This document shows, piece after piece, positions 1 through 14,842 of a stretch of DNA of 64,000 bases; the stretch's first letter is position 1; each line of letters begins with the position of its first letter. This DNA comes from Eledone cirrhosa (lineage: Eukaryota). The notes below the pieces were generated by a model. The model was not told the DNA's origin, did not search any database, and was given only the letters and a program-made list of their open reading frames with translations. The DNA lies in the NCBI GenBank assembly GCA_964016885.1, contig OZ024748.1:13888001-13952000 (forward strand), written 5' to 3'. A program made the position numbers and the translations under genes.

Positions 1-241
1 ATGTGTATATGTATATATATATATATGATTTTATCATTTATTTTTTTTTTACCTGTTTAGCTTGACTTCTTTTTTGGCTTCGGTGGTCTTGACCACTTTT
101 TCAGTTTGTGTGGCGTTTTAACATATATGTTTAGCTCTGGTTTTTTAACTATAGTGCGCTTGCTAGCATAACTCTGATTTTGCGTTTCGTTTCGCTTTTT
201 CTACCCGCCGAAATGCGATTGTCGCTGAATTTATATGTATA

Positions 242-323
<82 letters not shown>

Positions 324-327
<4 letters not shown>

Positions 328-669
328 GAGAGTAAAACAAAGAATCCTTCAATACATCAAAAGTCTTTATTAGCCGACAATGTTTCGTCCTATTAAGGAC
401 TCATCAGGGCAATTCAAACAACAAGAAGTAATAACGGCAGATGCAAGCCAGAAGCTCCGAAGAATATGGAGTGTACATATACTAAAGTATTGCAGAAATA
501 TATAATAAATATATATTCGGCTAATAAAGACTTTTGATGTATTGAAGGCTTCTTTGTTTTACTCTCTTAATTTTTCGGCTCTGTTTAACTACATTGAGCT
601 ATATCCTTTTACTGTTATTTCTATAATACGAAGAGGGTGTTTAACTCCAACACGCTCCAGTATTTTAAC

Positions 670-670
<1 letters not shown>
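324..670 (-). mobile_element. Short HHR-carrying Penelope-type/retrozyme-like element with an inverted duplication, between (TA)n tracts
   Basis: Inverted repeat 324-377 vs 517-570 (one mismatch), an HHR at 368-413, and (TA)n on both sides. Confidence 0.7.
368..413 (-). ncRNA. Type I hammerhead ribozyme (minimal)
   Basis: Minus strand reads gcc-CTGATGA-GTCC-ttaata-GGAC-GAAA-ca-t-tg-TC-ggc: intact core, 4-bp stem II, GUC cleavage triplet, stem I gcc/ggc. Confidence 0.88.
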
Positions 671-747
<77 letters not shown>

Positions 748-749
<2 letters not shown>

Positions 750-840
750 AGATGGATACAGTATGAAAATGGTTGGGCCATTACTCACCCGAGCACTCGA
801 TACTCGGTGTAGTAAAGTAAGGTCATATGAAAGAGTCACA
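748..840 (-). mobile_element. 3' tail fragment of an HHR-element family
   Basis: Minus strand tactacaccgagtatcgagtgctcgggtgagtaatggccc resembles the tails at 39181-39250 and 43081-43150; flanked by (TA)n. Confidence 0.5.
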
Positions 841-1529
841 TATATATATATATATGTGTGTGTGTGGGTGTGTGTGTGTGTGGTAGATAATAGATTAAGC
901 ATGCAATGAATTGAGTCTACCAATCTACACAAGACGAGGCTCTACATACAGACTCTGTGTGTAGAATTAATCTCAGAAATGTATTTCTTGAACAACGAGG
1001 ACACAACTAATGACACGAGAGCCACCTGCTCCCAAAATTCGATACAGATCACACGAGAGCACACCTGGAACCTCGGAGTTACGAAGCAAATCATCTTAAC
1101 CACAGAGAAATAGGAAATATTCAAATTATTCTTTGGGTTTTTTTATTTTATTTTATGTTTTATTTTCTTTTTTTTATTGTGTTGATTTTTGTGTTATGTT
1201 TTTTTCCAAAGATTTGCAAAAGATTTTCATCAGCCGTCTTTAATAAATTAGAACACGTTTTCACCTAGAAGAAGTGCTGAGAATACATTTGTGTTAATCA
1301 GATGAAAGACAGGTTGTTAGAAGAGAGAGAGAGAACGAGAAAAAAAATGGAATAGAATGCAATACTGTGATCAATATCAAGTGATTGCATAGAAGAAAAA
1401 TATATATATTTTTTATTCCTATTGCTATTGGACCGCACATTACACAGACTAACACACATACACACGTGTGTGTCTGGCCATGAAATATACTGGTGATAGA
1501 AATTATGTTACGCTTCAATGACTGGCTGC

Positions 1530-1633
1530 TGATAACAACAACAATAATAATATTAATAATGATAATACTACTAATAATTATAATGATAATACTACTCCTA
1601 CTACTACTACTACTACTAATGATGATGATGATG

Positions 1634-1691
<58 letters not shown>

Positions 1692-2480
1692 TAATGGTGC
1701 TTTCTAGATTGAGCAATAGGGTGATAACAATTTGGGTTAAATTTTTCGATTATGGAATAATCTGGAAAACATATGCTACAGCAACAAGCATTATCTAAAG
1801 GTATAATATATGATCTTGCAGTAGTGCATGTATAGATATGGAATCTAGTATGAAGCTTTGAATGTATTATTGCCTGCTCTGCTACTACTACTACTACTAC
1901 TACTACTACTGCTGGTGACACCCAATCACCACCAGCTCTACTACTACCACTACTAGAACCAATACTACAACTACTACCACCATGACCATCACCACTAATA
2001 CCAGCATCACCACCACCACCCTACCACTACTACTAATACTACCACCACCAATACCATCCCCCACCTCCACCACTACTACCTATACTACTACTACTACTAC
2101 TACGACCATGACCACTACTACCAGCATCAAAACCACTACCACCCCCACCACCATCACTACTAATACTACCACCTCCAAGACCATCACCACCTCCACCATT
2201 ACTACCTATACCAATACTACTACAACTACTACTACATATACCCCCACCACCACCACTACCACCATGACCACCGCCGCCACTAACACTAGTATCACCACCA
2301 CCACCCCTACCACCACCGCCACTACTAATACTACCCCGAACCCCACCACTACTACCCCACCTATGATGCTCTGCCATATTATGTAACGTTATAGACGTGA
2401 TCTAAAATAAAATTATATATTTTTCCATTACCGAGTAAACAGGTAATTTTGCTATTTTATTTCCATACAAAGGTATTATT

Positions 2481-2543
<63 letters not shown>

Positions 2544-2545
2544 TA
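1530..2545. repeat. Trinucleotide microsatellite complex (AAT/GAT/ACT/ACC/AGT)
   Basis: Directly visible; the poly-I and poly-T ORFs are translations of the repeat. Confidence 0.9.
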
Positions 2546-2689
2546 TACTCACATACATACACACATACAATCATGCATATATACACACATACATCATACG
2601 TACAACATGCTCACATACATACATACATACATACATACATACATACATACATACATACACACATACTTTCCTGTAGTCCAGCCAGACTG

Positions 2690-3625
2690 TAAACATATTC
2701 CTCCTTGGACCAACAACAGCTATATTGGCTCTCACTTTGAAGGATATGCTTTTGCAATCCAAGAACAGGGAATCAATACACAATATCTGATTCACAAAAG
2801 AGATAGGGATGCAGGCAAAACACCAAAATGTAACAACAAATGCAGACTCTGATGCTGCCAGCCATGTGGCAAATATGTCATCACGATACTACCTATGAGT
2901 CATGATATAGTCACTAAAACACTATAAATGCAACCTGTAGAAAATATTGCCCCGATAATAGACACATTAAATTTACAGTAATGTGGAAAACATACATATA
3001 TAATACGAAAGATACTGGTGGAATGTTCCAGTCAAACCCCAGTAAAATACAATCTAAGAGAGACCAGATATAATGATATGGGACAGAGAAAAGAAGTCAT
3101 ACACAGTAGAGGAAGCTAGCTGTCCAACAGATGCCAATATAATGTTTTCTTATATAGGCACAAAGTCAGCAATTTTGGGGGAGGGGAAAGTCGATTAAAT
3201 CGACTCCAGTGCGTGACTGGTACTTTATTTTATCGACCCCGTAAGGTAAAAGGCAAAGTTAACCTCAGTAGGATTTGAACTCAAATAATAAAGGGCCGTA
3301 ACTCTGTGCTGCAAAGCATTGCGTTCGACCCTCTATACTGCCAATCCACCACCCTAAAAGATGCCAATATAATATTACAGATTAGAGAAAATGAGAATAT
3401 GCTTGCAGAGCTAATGAGGAATCTGCAGATACTCAATCCTAACTATCCTTCAGATTTATACAGGTAATTATTGGGGCACAGTGATATGTTAGTAACTGCC
3501 TCAGTACAAATCTTGAGAAGCTCGGCTTCCAGAACCAGAAAGAACACAAGTTAGGAAATTACATGTACAACCCTTTAATGGAACAGTAACAATATGTAAA
3601 ATATTCCAAAATTTCTGCATCTAAT
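2690..3625 (+). mobile_element. Degenerate 3' end of an RLE-type (restriction-like endonuclease) non-LTR retrotransposon, interrupted by a SINE
   Basis: Translated pieces: EGYAFAIQEQGINTQYL...KCRL (start of the Zn knuckle), YWWNVPV, RPDIMIWDREKKSYTVEEASCP (PD..E nuclease motif), ELMRNLQILNPNY; stops and frameshifts present. Confidence 0.8.
3144..3358 (-). mobile_element. tRNA-derived SINE family 1, full length, with 15-bp target-site duplication
   Basis: Matches the 5133-5325 consensus; AGATGCCAATATAAT at 3129-3143 and 3359-3373. Confidence 0.9.
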
Positions 3626-4507
3626 AACTGCATGTGAATATGAACAGATGCAAATCATATACACATGCACACATATTACTCAAAATATCCGCATGCACAC
3701 ATACAATAACATCCATACCTGCACACACACACACACACCCATGCAGTCATGTATACATATCCATCTAGTTGATGTCTAAATTCAAAGGAAAGAGTTTTCA
3801 GTCTATGCTAAAAACCGTCTCTCTCTCTCTGTGAAAACTTTTAATATAAAACAAGAAGAACATACATACATACACACACATATATAAGTAAACTCCACAG
3901 TGTTACTTTGTGTCGCACGTTTTTCTGCATTCAAAATGGCTGAATACTTCCTAAATTCTATAATATATGAAAACATATGTTTCTTTATGCGTGTGTAGCT
4001 CTTCATCTATGAGATATATTTTCTTCCAAATTTTACAAATTACATTATTTCTATTTCGGCAAGCTCAAGGTGATAATTTTTGTTAATTTATTGTCGTAGC
4101 CAGGGTCTTAAAACAGCTATATTAGACTATTCTATGTAACTCAGTAAAGCAACTTCACACCTTGTAGATTCCCCCTTTAAATATTTACGGATGTGTTATA
4201 TCTTGTAGCTTTTAAGCGGTGTCATTGTTGCTGTTATCATTATTGCATTTGATGATGTAGTTGCTGTAGTTTTCCTTTAAATTATTGTTGAATATTCTGT
4301 TAATATTGCGCTTATTACTGGGGCTACTCTTCTTTTCCTGTCGTTCTTGAAGATTCTATGAAGAATATAGTATCTAAAATATATACTGTCCTTGGTAAAC
4401 CTCTTCAGCTTCTTCGACATTGCCTCCTTCATCGTTCCTCTATCATCATCCTCCTCATCCTCATTGCGATCACCATTAGAATCCATATGTTATTTCAATG
4501 ATGATAA

Positions 4508-4693
4508 TTGTTTCTACTTTTGGCACAAGGCCAGCAATTACCTAGTACATTACTGGTACTTCATTTTATCGACCGTAACGATGAAAGGCAAAGTTAACCT
4601 CGACGGGATTTTAACTCAGACCGTAAAGGGACGTAATTATTCTAGAAAGCATGGTGTCCAACCCTCTACCGATACTGTCAATTCACCGCCCTT
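4508..4693 (-). mobile_element. SINE family 1
   Basis: Reverse complement of ctttgcctttcatc..ggtcgataaaat..gtaccag..gctggccttgtgcc. Confidence 0.85.
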
Positions 4694-4709
4694 TCAATGA
4701 TGATAATGT

Positions 4710-5080
4710 TGGATTGGAAGTATCGATAGGGCGTCGGAAAAATGCTTTGCTGCATATAGATACGGCACTTCACTGTGTTAAAATCCCGTCGAGGTTAGCT
4801 TTGCCTTTCATCCATACATGGTTGATAAAATAAAGCAGCAGTAATGCAATGGCGGTGGATTTAATCAACTTGCTCCTCCCGAAAACACTGTTGGCCTTGT
4901 GACTAAATCAATCAGAAACCATTATTATTAATCCAGTAGTATCGGTGGAGAGTCGGACGCCATGCTTTGACGCATAGAGTTACGTCCCTTTCCTCCTTAC
5001 CTGGTCGATAAAATAAAGTACCAGTAATGTACTCGATAATTGCTGGCCTTGTGCCAAAAGTTGAATCAATTATTATTAAA
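4710..5080 (+). mobile_element. Two diverged or partial SINE family 1 copies
   Basis: Family body and the ggccttgtg 3' end occur twice. Confidence 0.7.
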
Positions 5081-5132
5081 ACAGCGTTACTAAACGAACA
5101 AATAAAATTCTTTGGTGTTATTTAGTTAGAGT

Positions 5133-5325
5133 CGGGCGGTGGATTGGCAGTATCGGTAGAGGGTCGAACGCCATGCTTTCCAGCATAGTTACGTCCCTTT
5201 ACGATCTGAGTTCAAATCCCGCCGAGGTTGACTTTGCCTTTCATCCTTACAGGGTCGATAAAATAAAGTACCAGTAACGCACTGGATAATTGCTGGCCTT
5301 GTGCCTAAAGTAGAAACAGTTATTT
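5133..5325 (+). mobile_element. SINE family 1 (reference copy)
   Basis: Pol III A box TGGCAGTATCGG and B box GAGTTCAAATCC, conserved body, TTA-rich tail; more than 15 related copies in the window. Confidence 0.9.
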
Positions 5326-5884
5326 AGTTAGAGTCATTTAAGTTCCTAGTTTAATAACTATTGTGGTCAACTGTGTTTGATAACGAGGTTAAAATAAACT
5401 ACCAGTAAAATAGCTGAGTCGTTCGATATAAACGACTAAAACCTCCAGGATAATTTCGATAATCTTGCCTGTTTAAAAGTAATTGGCAGAATCAGACACC
5501 ATGATTTGTGATATTCACGCGTGGATGTTTACTATTTGAATTCAAACCCAGCTGAAGTGAAACTTTGCCTTTCTTCCTCTCGAATTCGATAGAATAAAAT
5601 ACCAGTAATGTATAGAAGTATATTCGACTTTCCCTTTCACAAAAACATAGTTATACGTTAGTCTAGATTTGAATCGATTATTATCATGATTATGATTATA
5701 CCAGCCTTTTTTTTCTTTTGATATATATATCTTTCCTTGGTGGCCATCTTATATATTAAACTGAAGATTTATATAACGGGTTTATGGTTTTATGATATAT
5801 TATTGAAAAAATATAGTAACTACAATCACACACAGATGCACGATGATATATATGCAAGCAAATCTCTCTCCCCCTCTCTTGGTA

Positions 5885-5948
<64 letters not shown>

Positions 5949-6093
5949 ATGAATATAATATATATATATAATGAATATAATATATATATATATAATGAAT
6001 ATTATATATATATATACGTGTGTGTGTGTGACTGTGTGTGAACGCTTTTTGCATGTATGCATATAAGTATATATATATATATTTTTTTTTTCA

Positions 6094-6133
<40 letters not shown>

Positions 6134-6282
6134 TTGATACATATATATGTATATATATAAATATATACACATATATATATGTATATATATATAAATATAT
6201 ATATATACATATATATGTATATATATATATGTATATATATACATATATATATGTATATATATACATATATATATATATACAC

Positions 6283-6393
<111 letters not shown>

Positions 6394-6990
6394 TTTATAA
6401 CATACCATCAACACGAATCGGAAGAAATAATTTTGAAATATGATCACAAACATTAAACAAACACCATTAACAAGAGAATAAAGAACATGTACCACCCATC
6501 TACGCTATGAGTTATTTTTATGACACTCAGTGCTATCACAATGACGGGGCTGAAACATATATAAAATGTCATGCTACTCCCATAAAAACCTGTAAAATTT
6601 GGCATATAATAATATCTTACAATATGCTTTTATTTGCAGTTACGATCAGTTCGTCTCTTATGATTGCACAACCTATCAATAGAAAGAAGTAATTTGTGGC
6701 TTCTGTCCCTGTTGTAATATTGTAATATGATGTCTTCTTGTCTGTTTGCAAAGGTTCAATGAAAATCCTAGATGAGTTATATTTGAAAGAATATAGATTT
6801 AAGAATAAACTTCATCTAATTCTTCTTCAAACTTTCATGTCTGTCATTGTCTGTCTCTCGGTCTATATAGTTGATGCATGTTTTTATTTTTGTTTCTACA
6901 TGTAAATGATATGTTACATATCGATATAACATTCGTGTGCGCTTATTATACCTATACGCATATGTTTGAATTTATATATATATGTGTGTT

Positions 6991-7028
<38 letters not shown>

Positions 7029-7225
7029 CACACACACACACACACATACATACATATATAAACACACACATACATACATAAACACATACATACATACATA
7101 AACACACACATACATACATATATGTATATGCTTCTGAAATGGGACTAATTTCAGATCCACATGTATCAGCATGTGATATATATATATATATTATATATAT
7201 ACACATATATACACATATATATATA

Positions 7226-7285
<60 letters not shown>

Positions 7286-7868
7286 AGTGTATATTCACTT
7301 TGCACCTGGTGTAAATTATATATTATATATTAAGGTTTGATGGCTGCCAGCAACAGTAAAGTAATCGACTTTGAATAACATTCGCACTAGAGTATTTCTG
7401 CAAATGTCTACATTACTTGATTTGCAATGTCCAGTGAAATATATTGAAAATTGCTTAGAAATGGATGTATAGTAGAATATATACTGTTACGAGACAATAT
7501 ATTCCAATATACGGTTGGATACTACAGCCATAAATACGATATTCCATTAATACTAACTGGTGTCATTTAGCTTTTATGATACCTCATGATGTCTTTAAAT
7601 TGGATAACTTGATAAGGGAAAATATGCATATCTTAATAGATAGAGATTTGACCCTGATGCCAACCAAGTTTTCCAATTTCATATTATGTTCTCTGCGTTC
7701 TCTACAATCCACACGAATAGACATACTACACTTCTTGCCATAACAACTGGTCAGTAAAGTAGAGTAGATTTTGATTTTTCTCTCGTTTTATCTTTAATAT
7801 ATATATATATATCTATATATAAAAAATAACAAATTAAAGTTTAAGCAAAGAATCGCTTCTTTCACCCT

Positions 7869-8135
7869 TATTTATATATCTATCTATTTAGGGCGGGTAA
7901 AATTCCCGATACACATGGACGAGTCCTCTCCAGTGGTCTCTGTCCCTCATTATCGCTGCCATGTCCTGCGTATCCAAGAGACCAGTGTCTGTCCTTAGGA
8001 CATCAACATACGTTAACCTTGGTCTTCCTCTTTCAGAGTGTCGATACAGGTGCTCCGACAGGAGCACTGAGTGCAGTGTCAACTCTGAATGTCGGGGAGC
8101 TAACCTCAGTCTCCTCTGTGTCACTTTTGAACTGA
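7869..8135 (-). mobile_element. RTE-clade LINE 3' fragment
   Basis: ORF 7888-8124 RRLRLA..H.EL..VLL...RGRPRLTYVDVLRTDTGL...M.DRDHWR is the typical RTE C-terminus. Confidence 0.8.
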
Positions 8136-8145
8136 CTTCTTAGTT

Positions 8146-8289
<144 letters not shown>

Positions 8290-8452
8290 CAACGATCGAC
8301 TTTCGTCAAATCGGACCGAGGGAACAATGTTTCCGTTGGTCTTTCCAATTGCTAATACTATCTATCGGTCGCAACTCCTGGTAGAAGGAGCAACGTGAAA
8401 TAAAGTGTCTTGCTCAAGGACATAACGCATAACGCATCGCCTGGTCCAGGCT
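8290..8452 (-). mobile_element. tRNA-derived SINE family 2, 5'-truncated
   Basis: Near-identical to 62125-62280. Confidence 0.85.
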
Positions 8453-8521
8453 TTCCTTATCTTATGACATAAGATAGGGAAAGCCACCTCATGGTACGAC
8501 AACCAGAGATACCAGAGTGTC

Positions 8522-9076
8522 ATGTTTGTGGATGCTACCCCTGGAGGGAAATTAGCTAACCAGTGTAGAAAGGCCCTGAGAAAGACCCACTTAAAAATAA
8601 AGGTGGTAGAAAAGCCAGGAACCACCATAAAATCCCTGATCAGCAAAACCTACACTTTTAAGAAAACCCACTGTACCAATAGGAAATGTATCATATGTAA
8701 GGTGAACCCCTGGATAAACTGTAAAACTAGAAACGTAGTCTATAGCATAAGATGTACAGAGGGTACTTGCAGAAACATGACAACAACATACATAGGTGAG
8801 ACAGCTCGTAGCATAGGTGAAAGGATAGACCAACACTGGGGGGAACTAAAAGGACGAAAAAACGGGTCAGTACTATACGAACATGCTAGACAACAACATG
8901 ACGGTAACATAGACAGCATAGAAATTAGAATAATATCTAAACATAGAAATGACCCAGCAGATAGGCAAATCATAGAGGCCAGTGAAATAGAAATTAGAAG
9001 ACCAAGGCTAAACAGAAAGAATGAATGGAATAACAACAACACCCAAACTAACAACACTGACCTAAGAGAAGTATAA
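8522..9076 (+). pseudogene. Penelope-type GIY-YIG endonuclease domain (fragment; RT domain missing)
   Basis: VVY-x-YIG motif, conserved Arg, Glu and Asn, CCHH pattern; no RT upstream. Confidence 0.88.
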
Positions 9077-9314
9077 ATAAATAAATAAATAGATAAATAA
9101 ATAAATAAATAAATACATACACAAGCACAATAACAACAAACACATATAAACACACACTAGTCACCCATCACGCAGCAAACAAAACACTATACTCACACGC
9201 AAACGCATGCGCAAAGAAAACAAAATAAAATAAACAAACAAGCAAATAAATAAATATATAGACAGACTGAATAAAAATGGCGTAGACATACAATACAACA
9301 GGAGGAAAATATAG

Positions 9315-9358
9315 CAACACTGACGATGTTGCAGATGTGCAACGAAAGATTTATGATA
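9315..9358 (+). ncRNA. Type I hammerhead ribozyme in the Penelope 3' region
   Basis: aaca-CTGACGA-t-GTTGCA-gatg-TGCAAC-GAAA-gatt-TA-tgat; stems I and III imperfect. Confidence 0.75.
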
Positions 9359-9562
9359 AACTATATGTATGTGTTTCTGTCTATATTATATCTGTATTAT
9401 TTTTGACCGCCGGTCAGTCAATGGCAACATTGAGGACCGAGTAAGTTAGATTACCGATATAAAGACACAGAAGCGAGAAGCGAAAAGCAACCAAACAGTG
9501 AGTGTGTTCTGTTATTAATTCTGGCAATATTACACAAATATGACCCTCCCCAAGTATAACAA

Positions 9563-11031
<1,469 letters not shown>

Positions 11032-11180
11032 AAGAGCTTCTACAGGAATAGAACTCCTTCATTCGGGAGAAATCATCAGGAAGCTGTAGAAGCTCTTCTA
11101 TATTAAAACCTTTATACTCTGGTATGTATTGAATACCTTACTTACTGTGGTTACCTCCGACTCATCCCTGAATAACTTAT
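11032..11180. mobile_element. HHR element (family of 39345-39478), fold-back form
   Basis: Minus strand CTGATGA-tttctcccgaat-GAAG(mutated)..ctgTA-gaagc; the + strand restarts at ctgtagaagctc and continues into the family tail. Confidence 0.7.
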
Positions 11181-11198
11181 ATATATATATATATATAT

Positions 11199-11830
11199 AC
11201 CAGCTAAACACCCGTCCTTTGGACGGTTCAAGTAGCTATCGATGTAGCTCATTAAACTAAACAAAGTAAATTTGAATACATAGAAGAGAAACGTACTTTA
11301 AGTAAACATGAAAACCTTAGGCACTATTCCAGCGAAATAGTTTTAGATAAATTTAAGCATAATATTGTAAAAGTTATGACATCATTTAATGTATGAACAT
11401 CAAGCTTGAAACGATAAATTATACAATGTAAAATCTATAACTTAACTTAGTAATCTGTTAAAAATTGCTGGTTGTGAAATATACAAAATAGTATTGTTAA
11501 TCTCTTTCTTTCAAGTTCAAAGAGTAAATTAAATCTAAATGAGACGAATTACGAAAGATAACTCTTGATTACGAAAGAAAACTGTTGTCTTACTTAATCA
11601 CGAAAATTCACACAAATAACCGTAACTTTTTTAATGTCTCCAAAGGCCCCAATATCGATTCTTGAAGACCTTTGTAGATCATCTACAGGTTTTGTGCAAG
11701 GAGAAGCTATGTAAAACGTTTCAAAGAAATCACATGAATGGTTTAGAAATATATGAGCCCTCATTAAAAATTGTCCACCCACATATACACATACATTCAG
11801 AAAACTACAGATTTATATATATACAGATAT
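11199..11830. mobile_element. Probable non-autonomous Helitron/Helentron (HINE/DINE-like) element
   Basis: Starts accagctaaacacccg with a subterminal hairpin ccgtcc-ttt-ggacgg; contains aaaacgtttcaaagaaatc..aatggttt; ends tttatatatatacagat. Confidence 0.55.
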
Positions 11831-11892
11831 ATATATATATATAATAAGGAAAAGCGAAGTAGTTTCAGATGTTCAAGTCCTTTAATAATAAT

Positions 11893-11966
11893 GCTGTGAT
11901 ATATATTTCAGTGACGACACTGGCCACACTGTTCTGTGTGCGAGTATCGTGTCATCATCAGACAGC
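11893..11966 (-). ncRNA. Type I hammerhead ribozyme with long stem II
   Basis: gctgt-CTGATGA-tgacacgatact...agtgtcgtcact-GAAA-tatata-TC-acagc; perfect 5-bp stem I. Confidence 0.85.
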
Positions 11967-12056
11967 TTGTTACATAATAAGGTTGTGTTTCCGAGGCAAT
12001 CCAAATTGGATCAAATTGGATCGACATGGGAACAGATATATATATATATATATATA

Positions 12057-12695
12057 TATTAGAATTGGAGCTCTGAAATAGCAATATATATATGGATGTG
12101 TATATAATGTATTTTGCAATACACTTTATGCTTAATTAAAAGCATTTTGAAGACCGTAAGCTATTGTTTTAAAGTAGTGACAAATTCACTCACTTTGATC
12201 TCAGCAAACAGGGGAGACAAGCCGACAAGTCTTGTTTCGCTTTGGTTGAAGCTTATCAAGGCCAACTACCCACCTGTTTACTGAGATCATTGATGTTATA
12301 TTCTTATAGAAATCTAGTAAATAATCAGGAGCTGATTATGCAGAGCGGTTGTTGGTCAGGCAGAAATTAAATTAAAACATCCATATATATATTGCTATTT
12401 CAGAGCTCCAATTCTAATTTTTAATTTCTGCCTGACCAACAACCGCTCTGCATAATCATCTCCTGATTATTTACTAGATTTCTATAAGAATGTAACATCA
12501 ATGATCTCAGTAAACAGGTGGGGTAGTTGGCGTTGATAAGCTTCAACCAAAGCGAAACAAGACTTGTCGGCTTATCTCCCCTGCTTGCTGAGATCAAAGT
12601 GAGTGAATTTGTCACTACTTTAAAACAATAGCTTACGGTCTTCAAAATGCTTTTAATTAAGCATAAATTGTATTGCAAAATACATTATATATACA

Positions 12696-12697
<2 letters not shown>
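12057..12697. mobile_element. HHR element as a permuted inverted duplication (A-B-A'-B')
   Basis: 12057-12098 inverted at 12378-12418; 12099-12372 inverted at 12419-12697; HHR-like motifs with a TTGATAA core at 12221-12262 (-) and 12530-12571 (+). Confidence 0.8.
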
Positions 12698-12768
<71 letters not shown>

Positions 12769-13904
12769 TGAAGTTTAGATATTTTTTAACGAAACAGTAA
12801 TGATATCATAGTGCTACAAATCTTATGCCAATATATTTAACATCGAAATCAGTAGTAGAAATTTTAATATTGCATCAAAATGATGTGCTCTGCCTTTCCT
12901 ACAGCATCAATGAATAGATACATTATATATATATATACAGAGTGAGAGAGAGAGATAAATGGGCAGACTGACAGTCAGCTACGTAGATAGATATAGAGGT
13001 AATTATATAGATTGATAGGTAGTTAGATATAAAGATCGATTGATAGCTAGAGGTAGTTATGTATGTAGATAGATAGACACATAATGGGACAAATGTATGG
13101 ATAGATAAATAAATAAATATATTGATATATTGAGGTTTATCTGAAATATACTAAACCATTCGTTACCGGAATATATAGGTTTTTCTCAAAGGTCAAGATA
13201 AATTTTAAAAAAGAATATTAAATGAAAATAATTTTTCCATTATTTTTTTCATCTATTATTATTATTATTATTATTATTATTGTTGTTATTGTTGTTGTTG
13301 TTGTTATTGTTGTTGTTGTTATTGTTGTTATTGTTGTTATTGTTGTTGTTCATTTTTTTCATTATTTATTTATCTTCAATTTTGAATTCCACTACGACTG
13401 ATCTGATATTTTCGAAATTTAAAATAGATAAAAATTCCTAGAACGGAAATAAAATCTTCTTGCAGTGTTGAGTTGTGCAATTTGGCACGGAGTGTATCCG
13501 GTTGACTACTTCTTCAAGAATAATTTTAATATATCTTCTTTCATTAGTATCAATTCAATGAATATAGGTGTTTACTTGCTCTAAGCTCTTTGAGAAACTT
13601 AACGATTTGCTTCTGAAAATTCCGGTGGTAACATACGGAGTGAATTATGTAATGCGAATTAGAAAAATAGATATGAAAAAAATACAGTTAAGTTTGGTTT
13701 TGGACACATCAAATACACGTAAATATTTCGTATATGATATATGCAAAGACATATTTCATATGTGATACGTGCAAAGATTACATTAATCACGTGTGTGCAC
13801 ATGCACAGACACGTATATCCACAAATTATCCATGCAGTAATACACGCACAAATACACGGAAACAAGCGCACATACATACATACATGCATACACACATATA
13901 CACA

Positions 13905-13982
<78 letters not shown>

Positions 13983-14292
13983 AATAATAAATACATAAGT
14001 ACATGTATGTGTGTTCATATATGCATCAATATATAGATAAAGGTACACACATTATATAGATCGATAGATAGAGATAGTGTGAGAGAGAAAAAGAGAGTGA
14101 GTGAGGCAGAAAGAGAGTGGTGGTGCTGTGGGGTGGGGGGTGGGGGGTCTATGTGTGTGCCTTTGTGTGTGTGATTGTGAAATTTTAAATGGATACATAC
14201 GTAAGTTTATACAATATTAAATATACCACAAAATCTATTTTGTTCTCTCCGTACATAGATAATTACACACACAGACACACACACACGTACAC

Positions 14293-14355
<63 letters not shown>

Positions 14356-14367
14356 ATATATATATCA

Positions 14368-14504
14368 CTTAAGAAATGGAAAATCAGTGGTGCGACGAAT
14401 AAAATGTATTAGACATATTGCAATCGTTTCTCTGGCGACCAGCTCGAGGCACGATCGATGCAGAGATCGAACCTGACTCTGAAATCGCAAGATCCTCAGA
14501 TACG

Positions 14505-14508
<4 letters not shown>
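14368..14508 (-). mobile_element. HHR-like element (CTGAGGA core, long stem II); second copy at 16473-16700
   Basis: gtat-CTGAGGA-tcttgcga...tcgccaga-GAAA-cgattgcaatatg-TC-taatac; stem I register imperfect. Confidence 0.6.
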
Positions 14509-14536
<28 letters not shown>

Positions 14537-14586
14537 CATATACAATGATATTAAATAAATGGAAGCTATCCTTATAAAACCATATT

Positions 14587-14648
14587 TATTCTATTATATA
14601 TATTTCAACGGTACCAACATTTTTGGTACGCTATCATCAGATAAAATA
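14587..14648 (-). ncRNA. Type I hammerhead ribozyme
   Basis: tattttat-CTGATGA-tagcgtaccaa-aaatg-ttggtaccgtt-GAAA-tatata-TA-atagaata; 8-bp stem I. Confidence 0.88.
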
Positions 14649-14842
14649 CAAAATGTTTTATATATTATATATAAGTGAAAGGTATAGAAAACATTGTAGC
14701 AAAAAGCCAACAGTATTCCATAATATATAATATATAATAATAGATAATATATAAATATATATTATATATATAATATATATTATATATATATATAATATAT
14801 ATTATATATATATATATAAATATATATTTTATGTTAATAATG

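Larger units (their letters stand above)
8470..9562 (+). mobile_element. 5'-truncated Penelope-like retroelement: RT-EN linker and GIY-YIG endonuclease, followed by a pLTR-like 3' region with an HHR, ending in (TA)n
   Basis: ORF 8522-9076: Cys-rich linker, NVVYSIRC..C..YIGETARSIGERIDQH, H..H, R.IIEA.EI, P.LN; HHR at 9315-9358; a 1.5-kb TA tract follows. Confidence 0.9.

Noticed and set aside
1982-2386. Mucin-like Thr-rich ORF
   Set aside because: ACC/ACT microsatellite with no splice or domain support
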